Assembly: GCF_009914755.1 (NCBI RefSeq)
Contig: NC_060929.1
Length of the DNA stretch: 64,000 nt
Strand: one strand, 5' to 3'
Source of the DNA: the human T2T-CHM13v2.0 reference genome, Homo sapiens
In this document: piece after piece, positions 54,852 through 64,000 of the stretch
Numbering within the stretch: the stretch's first letter is position 1
Layout of the letters: every line of letters begins with the position of its first letter
Translations under genes and position numbers: made by a program
Notes under the pieces: generated by a model
Databases searched by the model: none
Told to the model about the DNA's origin: nothing
The model's input: the letters and a program-made list of their open reading frames with translations, nothing else

Positions 54852-56609
54852 TTGTGTACTCTAGACTATCAGGTAGGAAATGGGCTCAGCCTGGAGGTGG
54901 ATCTGCAGTTTCTGGTGGTTAGGAAAGGGGGCTGCAGATGGGGAATGCTGAGGGCGAGGGGTCAGCTGAGGCCAAGAGGGCAGGCAGGAAGACTGGGACT
55001 AGGGAGAGAGTGGCCTCAGAGCCAGGAGAGGAGTGGAGAGGTTAACACTGCACTCAGAGAAGAACCTAAGCTGTTGGAGGAGGATCTTCTGAGGCCACAG
55101 ATACAGAGGTGTGGCCCCTTGCAGGAATTTGGTTCAAGCCTGACTTCCTGTCTAGTGGCCCAGTTACTTGCTGAGCATGCAGTTTTATAGCTGCTGCTCC
55201 TGGCTTGAACACTGGCCAGCACTGAGAACCTGATTCTGGTGGTTTCTCCACCATATGAAACAAAGATCGTGGAGAAATAAAGTCACATGAAAAAGACATG
55301 TAAGCTTCCTGTTCAGGGAGTGAGGCCAGCAGATGCATAATGTATGGTTTCTCATGCTGCAAGTGGACTGGGGAGAGAGTTTGCAATCTGTGGAAACATT
55401 TCAGACTTTTGCAAGTTATAAAAGGAGAGAGGGTTGCCAGGAGCATAATGTCCAGTAAATAGCCCTGAGCCTGGCCAAATAACCTCAGACAAGCCAATCC
55501 CTGGGGCTCAGTTTGTTTATTAAAAAATCTGGAGGGGATACACAAGCAGTTGTTAATAGTGGTTATCTCTAGGGGGTGAGAGTAAGGGTTGGGAGTAGGG
55601 AGAAATTTTTATTTTTCATTGTACCCTTTTGGCTGCATCTTTCACCATGTGCCTTTATTACTTTTATAATTGCAAATCAAATTATAGGGTTTTTGGCATT
55701 TTAAAAATGCCGTGAAGGAGTTGGATTAGATCATTGGTTTTCAAACTTGTTTTTTAAAGCAGTGGAACACTTTTCACATAATCTTATTTGAAAGCCTAAT
55801 TAATGTATCACAAAGAAGAAATTGGGGCCCCTCTTGCCGGGCTCCCCCTCCGCCTCCCAGTTGCTGCATCTCCAGAGATCCATTGAATGTAGTTTGAAAA
55901 TAATAGGTTTATATGATTTCTCTGGAGCCTCTTTCACCTCTTCAATTCTATGCTTCCCTTCTATTTAGCAAAGAAAGCTAGGGCATTCTAGCCCTGTAGC
56001 CTAAGCTGCTGCTTGTACTGCAGTAGCTGCAGACACACTCTGGCCCTTTGGAGAGTCAACAGTTGGGGAGGATGAGCTGTGTACAGGCTGAATGTCATTC
56101 AGATTCTGGAGGACAGGAAACAGGTCAACCTTGAGTTACTTCTGGGTTGAAATGATAGACAATGTTAGAAGGTGGATTTTGCAACAATTCCAGGTAAAAC
56201 TGAACCTGGGGCTTTGATAGGTAGGATGCTAAAGAGACATTGAAATGGTGTAAGGTGATAGAAAACCATTCCCCTTGTAAAAACATGCTTATGAACACAG
56301 ACCTGCTGCTTACTTATGCTACTATCTTGCCAAGTTACTTAGCTTCTTGGAGTCTGTAAAAAGGAGAACTACTAGTGCCTGCTTCCTGCAACTGTTGAAA
56401 AGATTAAATGAAACTATAGGTCTAAGTGCCTGGTATATTGCCTTGCTCATGATAGGAGCTCAATAAATGTGGGTCACCATCATCGTCACCAAATTCCTGG
56501 ACAAGTCAGAAAATGGCCTTGCCACCTCTTCCTACGTGTTCTTGGTGAAACCTGTAACCTCTCAGGACCTCATTTTTCCTTATCTGTAAATTACAGGTAC
56601 TCAACCAGC

Positions 56610-56760
56610 TCAGGAATTGCAAATTGGTGGCCTGCTAGATAAAATCTAGCCTGCAAACATGTTTGTTTATCTAATGTAATAAACTAAAAATCAAGAAATA
56701 GCCCCTAGAAATCTGAATTTTCCAGCTGCTCTTTGAAAAATGAACATCTAGTTCCATTGG
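56610..56760 (+). mobile_element. MER102-like hAT-Charlie fragment
   Basis: 'caggaattgcaaattggtggcctgc...tctagcctgcaaacatgtttgttt...aaatctgaattttccagctgctctttgaaaaat'. Confidence 0.5.
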
Positions 56761-57403
56761 CCCTCACTTGGCAACAGTTGGCTGGAGCTGGGGTAGCAGC
56801 TGCACCTCACATGGGCATGCATGCACTCGCCTCTCCCCCAGCCATCATATTTCTGCAGTGCCTTACACCTGGCCACTCCCCCTTCACAACATACATAAGC
56901 AGCTGAGTTTCCAACGTCTGGATTGGAAGGTTTCAGGAATTCTGTGGCTTTCTCCTGGTTCTGACACTGGCTCATTCCATGACCCTGAGTGTACTCCTTC
57001 ACCTCTCTGGACTACCACATCACCGTCTATAAAACGAATGAGTTGAGCTTCCAGACTCAGCTTTCTTTGGGTCTTCTATTCAGTTCATAAACATTTACTG
57101 AGTTGCTCCTATTTCCAGGAATTCTAAAAAGCACGTGGGAGGATACAGAGATGAATAAAAATGGGTCTGGCCCAGAGATGTTTTATAGCAATGCCTCTCA
57201 AAATGTAGTCTGCAGACCAGCACCAGTTCACAATGAGATAGACAGGGGAATTGAGGATAGTTGTTCAGAAACTTTTGTTGTAGTTTGATATTGCCATGAC
57301 AGCCAGGTGCATGCTCAGTAGACTTATCTTGTTGAATAGACATAGAGCAGTTCACATGCTGTCAGGCTCGTGTGGTGAATTGCATGTGACACAAGCTGCA
57401 CAC

Positions 57404-57936
57404 TTGTTTCAGTTACTATTGGTGCTTAACAAATTGCCCCCAAACTTAGTGGCTTTAAAAGAACAACAGTCATTCATTTCTTCAAATCTACAATTTGAGC
57501 AGGATTTTGCAGAACACTTTATCTCTGCTGCACACAGCGCCTGCCAGGTGGGTCAGCAGGGGCCACAGCATCCACTTCCAAGATGGCTCATTCGCATGAC
57601 TGGTGAGGTGGTGCTGGCTGTCAGTTCCTTTCCATGTCGACCTCTCCATAGAGGAGCTTCTTCATAGCATGGTGGCTGGGATCCAAGAATGAATGTCCCA
57701 AGAGAACAAGGAAAATGTGCCTGGCACTTTTATGATCTAGTCATGTAGAAATCAGAAGTCACTTTGCATCTCTGCTGCCAAACTCTATTGATTGAAGCAT
57801 TCACAAAGGTTTGCCCAAGTTCAAAGGCAGAGGATGGAAATTCCATCTCTCAGTGAGCTTGTGGAAAGGTTGTAGAAGAGCACAAGGGACAGAAGATTTC
57901 ATTGCAGCTAGCCTTTGAAAATACAATCTGCCATAC
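57404..57936 (-). mobile_element. MaLR LTR (MLT1G/H-like)
   Basis: 'aacaaattgcccccaaacttagtggctttaaaa...catccacttccaagatggctcattc...aaaatacaatctgccata'. Confidence 0.8.
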
Positions 57937-57945
57937 TATTGAGAA

Positions 57946-58544
57946 GTATATTATGTTCCTGTTGCTGTGTAACAAGTCGCTACATATTTAGTGGCTTAAA
58001 ACAATAAGAATTTATTAGTTCAGAGTTTTACAGGTCATGAGTCTAACTAAGCTGACTAAACAGGAGTTTCTGCTTAGGGTCTGACAAGGCCAAAATCAAT
58101 GTTTCAGCCAGGCTGGGCTCTTATCTGGAGGCTCTGGAGAAGAGTCCACTTCCAGACTCATTCAGGGTGTTGGCAGAATTCAGTTTTTTGCAGTTCAGGA
58201 TTGAGGCCCCTGGTTTTTGTGCAGGCCAGGGGTTGCTGTCTGTTCCTAGAGGCTACCCATACATGGCCCCCTTGATCTACAAAACCAGCAATGCCATATT
58301 TAATTCTTCTCTCTCTTCAAATCACTTTGACTTCCTTCAGTACCGCCAGATGGAGAAAGCTCTCAGCTTTTTGTGTGTGATTAGGTTAAGTCGACCTGGA
58401 TAATCTCCTTTTTGCCATATAACTTGATGTAATCACAGGAGTGATATCTCATCATATTCACAGGTTCCATCTCCACTCAAAGGGGAGGGGATTATAGGAG
58501 GATGAAGGTCATTGGAAGTCATTCTTAGAATTCTGCCTACCACA
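57946..58544 (-). mobile_element. MaLR LTR (MLT1D/E-like)
   Basis: 'ttagtggcttaaaacaa...cttatctggaggctctggagaagagtccacttcc...tcttagaattctgcctaccaca'. Confidence 0.85.
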
Positions 58545-58939
58545 GATGGTTTCATTCACAGTGAATTAGAAATTGAAGTGGTTCTTCATTACAGATAGTT
58601 TAAAAACACTAGTTTAGAGTCCAGTAAGAGGGAATAACATGTATATAAATGGCTATAGTTTAAGACTTTAAGTGGTAACTTCCAAGAAGAGAGAGGCAGA
58701 GAGAGTGCAGTGAGAGGTCAGTGGAAGGGAGATTATTTTGTAAGCGGAGCGGGGATAGAAGTGGGGCCTCTTGAAGATGTGGTGTTTGAACTGAACCTCA
58801 GAAGATAGGTGTTGTTTGGATCTTAAAAAATGAGGTGGGAGGACAAGATTCAAACAGTTCTGTTTCTATTTTGGCACCTTAGCTTGCAAACACAGAACGG
58901 AACTGAATCCTCTCTAAGGTCATTTGATTCCTCCTTACC

Positions 58940-59477
58940 ATAAACAATGCTGTATAACAAATTACTCCAAAGCTCAGTGACCTCAAACAACAACCATATG
59001 TTGTTGCTCAAAGGACTACACATCAGTCGGGTGGTTTCTCTGGCCTTGGCTGTGCTGACTCATGTATCTCTGGTCAACTGGGGCTGGGCTGGGCAGCTCT
59101 GCTAAGCTTGGCTGGGGTCTCTCATATCCTTGGGGCTTGGCTCTCTGTCAGCTGTCTAGGATTACCTCAGTTCTTCTCCACATGTCTTATCTTCTGCTTG
59201 CCTCTAACATCTTTCTAGCATACTAGGCTGGGTTTGTTCTCATAGAGGAGGAAGAAGGATGAGAAATAAGTATGAAAGAGTACAAGTCTCTCGAAGCTTG
59301 GACTCAAGCTGGCACACTGTCACTTCTACCTCATTCTTTTGGCCAAGGCAAGTCACAGAGCCAGACCAACTTCAATAGGTGTGGAAAGAGACTCCACTTT
59401 TGATGGGAGGAGCTGCACAATCCCTTTGCAAAGGGCCTGGGATGGAGGATTGAGACCACTTTCACAATCTACTATAG
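58940..59477 (-). mobile_element. MaLR LTR (MLT1H/I/J-like)
   Basis: 'atgctgtataacaaattactccaaagctcagtgacctcaaacaacaacc...tgtcacttctacctcattcttttggccaaggcaagtcacagagcc...gatgggaggagctgc'. Confidence 0.8.
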
Positions 59478-60284
59478 TAATCCTGAGAAATCTTCCTAAA
59501 CTCTAGAATGAAAGAAATTCAAATGCATTGTTTCTCAAGCTAAGCCAAGGCTTTTGGAGAAATCTGCATGTAATAAACCATTTGGAAAAGGTACAGTGAC
59601 CTATAAACCAGAGTTATCAGAAGCCAGGCTTATAAAATAGTCTACAGTCTTCTTTGTGAGTGAAAGACAAAAGAGGAGTATTTCAGGGCAACTTTATTAC
59701 CTTTACTCATGTGGTACTCATTATCAACACCCAGCCCCGGTGCTCCTCTGCAAAACTGTTCCCAGAACCATTCTTCTGGCTTCTGAGAATTTGTGGTTCT
59801 TCTCCCAGGTCCCAGTAGCAGTTTTTGAAATGAAAGGATCTCCAATCTGTCCTGTATCATAGACATAAATCATTGTCTTTTATGATATTCCCTGGAGTAC
59901 CTAACCTAAGGCCAAAAAATAGTAATTGCACAATAAACATGTTTTAGGTGAATGGATAGATGGATGAATGGATGAATGAGTGGACCAGATGGGTGACGGA
60001 TGCTTCAGAAATTGACTGAAACCTTCCTTTGGAAAATGTTAACATAAACTTTATTTCCCTCCTTCCAAGTTAGTATGTCAGTTTGAAATCTTGGTGTAGT
60101 TGTTTCATGTCTGTGAGCTTTTTTAAAACAAAACAAAACTGGATTGCACACTGCCAAGGGGAAGAATCATGTATTCTCCCTCATCAACCCAATCTTATAA
60201 GCATCAAAAAAGTCTGTGAGCTTCCTAGGGTATAAATCATTGTCTAGTGGGTGGGGGTAGATGAGTGGTTGTTGGAGTTGGGGA

Positions 60285-60415
60285 CTTCTAGTCAAATAAA
60301 CTTGTGAAATGCTGGATTAAACAAAGTTAGACAGCTTTCTTTTCTGTGTGACTTCAAAGAGCCTTTAATATGCTAATATACTTTATGAATCACCAGAAGG
60401 GTATTAGAATATGTA
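60285..60415. mobile_element. hAT-Charlie DNA transposon fragment
   Basis: 'aaatgctggattaaacaaagttagacag...agagcctttaatatgctaat' resembles recalled Charlie-family MER sequence. Confidence 0.45.
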
Positions 60416-61165
60416 AGAGTTGAAAATGAGAAGAATTGGCTTTTTTAGAGGGGAGGAGAAGGGAGGTATTTTTTTATTGTGCTAAATGAATATAATAGTT
60501 GTCATTTTAACCATTCATAAGTGTACAATTGTGTGGCATTAAATATGTTCACAATGCTGTGTAACCATTACCACTATCTATACCCAATTTTTTAATGATT
60601 CCCAACAATAACTCCCTGTAAACAACAATCCCCGTTCTTACTCCCCTGTAACCTCTGTTCTACTTTCTGTCTTTATGAGTTTGCCTATTCTAGGTACCTC
60701 ATATAAGTGGAATCATACAATGTATGACCTTCTGTGTCAGGCTTGTTTCACTAAGCATAATATGGTCAAGGTCTATCCATGTTGTAGTAGATATCAAAAT
60801 TCCATTCTTCTTTATGACTTAATAATATTCCATTTTATATATATGTCACATCTTGTTTCTACCTTCATCTATTAATGGACACTTGAGTTGTTGCTACCTT
60901 TTGCCTATTGTGGTAATGTGACTATTATGAACATTGGCCTAGGAATGTCTGTTTGAGTCCCTGCTTTCAGTTCTTTTAGATACATACCTAAAATGGAATT
61001 GTTGGATCATATGGTAGTTCTACATTTAACCTTTTGGAAACCACAAAAGTTTTTAACAGCAGCTGCACCATTTTGCATTTTTACTAGCAGTGCACAAAGG
61101 TTTCAATTTCTCCACCCACATCCTCACTAACACTTGTTGTTTTCCACTTTTTAAATTATAGCTAG

Positions 61166-61525
<360 letters not shown>

Positions 61526-61571
61526 TAATGGTAGTTTTGATTTGCCTTTCCCTGTAGTGACATTGTGTACT

Positions 61572-61726
61572 TGACTCACTGCAGCCTCAAACTCCTAGGC
61601 TCAAGCAATCCTCCCATCTCATCCTCCCAAGTAGCTGGGACTATAGGAATGTGCCACCACACCTGACAAATTTTTTTTTTATTTTGTTTTTATAGAGATG
61701 GGGTCTCACTGTGTTGCCCAGGCTGG
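61572..61726 (-). mobile_element. AluJ internal fragment
   Basis: 'ctcactgcagcctcaaactcctaggctcaagcaatcctccc...agagatggggtctcactgtgttgcccaggctgg'. Confidence 0.85.
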
Positions 61727-61779
61727 TATGAGTTCTTTATGCATTCTGAATATGTCCTTAATCAAATACGTGTTTTATG

Positions 61780-62493
61780 CAGTATGGAAGTTCCTCAGAA
61801 AGCTAAAAATAGAACTGCCATATAATCCAGCAATCCCACTTCTGGGTATATATCCAAAGAAAAGGAAATCAGCCTGTCAAAGAGACATCTGTACTCTCAT
61901 GTTTATTGCAGCAAGATAAGGAATCCACCTAAGTATCCATCAGCAGATAAATGGATAAAGAAAATGTGGTATATATACAAAATAGAATATTTTTCAGCCA
62001 TAAAAAAGAATGAAATTATGTTATTTGCAGCAACATGGATGAAACTGGAGGTAGTTATGTTAAGGGAAATAAACCAGGCACAGAAAGACAAATATCGCAT
62101 ATTCTCACTCATACGTGAGAGCTAAGATAGTTGACCTCATAGAAGTAGAGAGTAGAATAGTGGTTACTAGAGACTGGGAAGGGAATGGGTAGAGGAGATA
62201 GGAAGAGGTAGGTTAATGGATACAAAATTACAGCTTAGATAGGACTAAGTTCTAGTGTTCTATAGCACTGTAGGATGACTGTAGTAAACAATAATTTATT
62301 GTATTTTTTCAAATAGCTAGAAGAGAGGATTTTGAATGTTCCTAACACAAAGAAGTGATCAAGGTTTGAGGTGATGGATATGCTAATTACCCTAATTTGA
62401 TCATTATACATTATATGCAGGTATCAAAATATCATTTTGTACCCTATAAGTATGTACAATTATTATGTGTCCATTAAAAATATTATTTTAAAA
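61780..62493 (+). mobile_element. L1MA-class 3' end inserted in the antisense L1MB
   Basis: ORF 61698-61919 contains '[26 protein letters not shown]'; 3' UTR 'tacaaaattacagc..tagatagg...ggatatgctaattaccct'; degraded TSD ATACGTGTTTT / ATACATGTTTT. Confidence 0.88.
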
Positions 62494-63569
62494 GATACAT
62501 GTTTTGCAAATATATTCTCCCAGTTCATGGCTTGTCCCTTAAACAACCGAAGTTTTCAATTGTGATGAATTCCAACTTATTCATATTTTATTGCAGTTTG
62601 TGTCCTCTTTAAGAAACCTTTGCCTAAACCAAAGTCACTAAGATTTTCTCACATACTTTCTTCTACAAATTTTATAGTTTTGGCTCTTACACTTAGGTCT
62701 ATGATCTATTTCAAGTTTATATCATGTAGGGTGTGAGGAAGTGTGAGGTGTATTTTTTTGACATATGAATATCTAATTGTTTGGACACTATTTGTTGAAA
62801 AGTTATCCTTTACCTATTGAATTTTCTTAGTGCCTTTGTTCAAAAACAACTGAATGCATATAGTTATGAGCTGTCCACTCCATTGATCACATATCTGTCC
62901 TTACCTTAGGGCCACTCTCTGTTGGTCACTGTATCCCAGGAGTGCCTTGAAATTAGGACATGTAAGTCCTCCAACTTTGCCCCTCTTTTGAAAAAGAATT
63001 ATTTTGGCATTTTTCCAGGTCTGTTGAATATCAGTTTCTATAAAGAGTAACTTGAGTTGATAGATCAATTTTGAGAGGACTCACATTTTAACAATATTGA
63101 GTCTTCTGACCAATAAACATGACGTATCTCTCCATTTATTTAGATCTTTGATTTCTGTAGCAGTGTTTTGTAGTTTTCAGTGTATAGGTCTTACACATTT
63201 TGTTAAATGTATCTCGACTATTTGATATTTTTGACACCATGGAAATCAGTATTTTAACATCAGTTTTCGATGTTTCATTGATAGTATTTAGAAATAAAAT
63301 TGATTTTTGTATATTGACCTTATATCTTTTGACGTTGCTAAACTCATCAGCTCTACTAGCTTTTTTGTAGATTCCTTAGCATTTGTTTTATAGATAATCA
63401 TGTCATGGGCAGATATTATTTTGATCCCCATTCTACCATCAAATAATGGAGACCTGGAAAGACAAGGGGACCTGCCTAAGGTCCTGCTCTTCATAAATGC
63501 ACAGCCAGGAAACTGAAGCCTGTGTCTTTTGGGTCCTCCTTCAAGGACCTCTCCACACCCTAACCTAAG

Positions 63570-64000
63570 CTAAGCTGTTCCTCAGTCTTTCAAGCCTGAA
63601 GAGAAGAATCTTATATTGGTTACGATTATATTTGAATGGTTCAAACAAGATAGTGTATTTTTCTCTCACTTCAAAGTCTGAAGGTTTGAAGTCCAGGACT
63701 AGTATCATAGTTCTGCCCCCTGAAGTCCTCAAGAACCTGTACTCCCTTCTGATGGCTTCAGCCATCCCTAGGGCATGGAGGCACCTCATGGTCCATCATG
63801 GTGGCCTTTGCATTCTAGGCAGCAAGATAGAGGAAGGGATAAACAAGAAAGGCAAAAGTGCACATTAGTAGTTTTTTCTGGTAAGTTCCATGAGGCTGGC
63901 TCGTAACCTGTTTTGTGCTATAATAACAGATGCCAGAAACTGGATAATGTATAAAGAAAAGAAGTGTATTTGGTCACAGTTCCTGAGGCTGGGAAGTCCG
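63570..64000 (-). mobile_element. Degraded MaLR LTR followed by the start of an MST/MLT1A-type LTR that runs off the window
   Basis: 'ttttgtgctataataacagatgccagaaactggataatgtataaagaaaagaagtgtatttggtcacagttcctgaggctgggaagtcc' from ~63905. Confidence 0.6.

Overview
This window is primate (human-like) non-coding genomic DNA, either a large intron or a gene desert; it is not prokaryotic. I found no protein-coding exon, tRNA, rRNA, CRISPR array or CpG island that I can support. A large share of it is interspersed repeat: about 18 Alu/FLAM copies or fragments, three young L1PA insertions, many old L1M, L2, MIR and L3 fragments, MaLR solo LTRs (MST, MLT1) and hAT DNA-transposon fossils (MER1B with a perfect 8-bp TSD, MER5, MER102-like). 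The only recognisable protein fragments in the ORF track are frameshifted L1 ORF2p pieces (26978-29099, minus strand) and Alu-derived pseudo-ORFs. The most notable structure is an apparent L1-mediated 3' transduction. The 3-kb minus-strand L1PA (26763-29727) lacks its own AATAAA and is followed by 260 bp of non-L1 sequence carrying an ATTAAA signal and a second poly(A); the whole unit appears to split an ancient MIR. Other observations are a 101-bp dispersed local duplication, a 59-bp tandem duplication, two AG|GT recursive-splice-like motifs, several repeat-free homeodomain/PBX-motif-rich blocks that look like developmental enhancers, and multi-level TE nests. I see no evidence for a wholly new biological system. 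Subfamily names come from recalled consensus sequences, and boundaries of old repeats are approximate.
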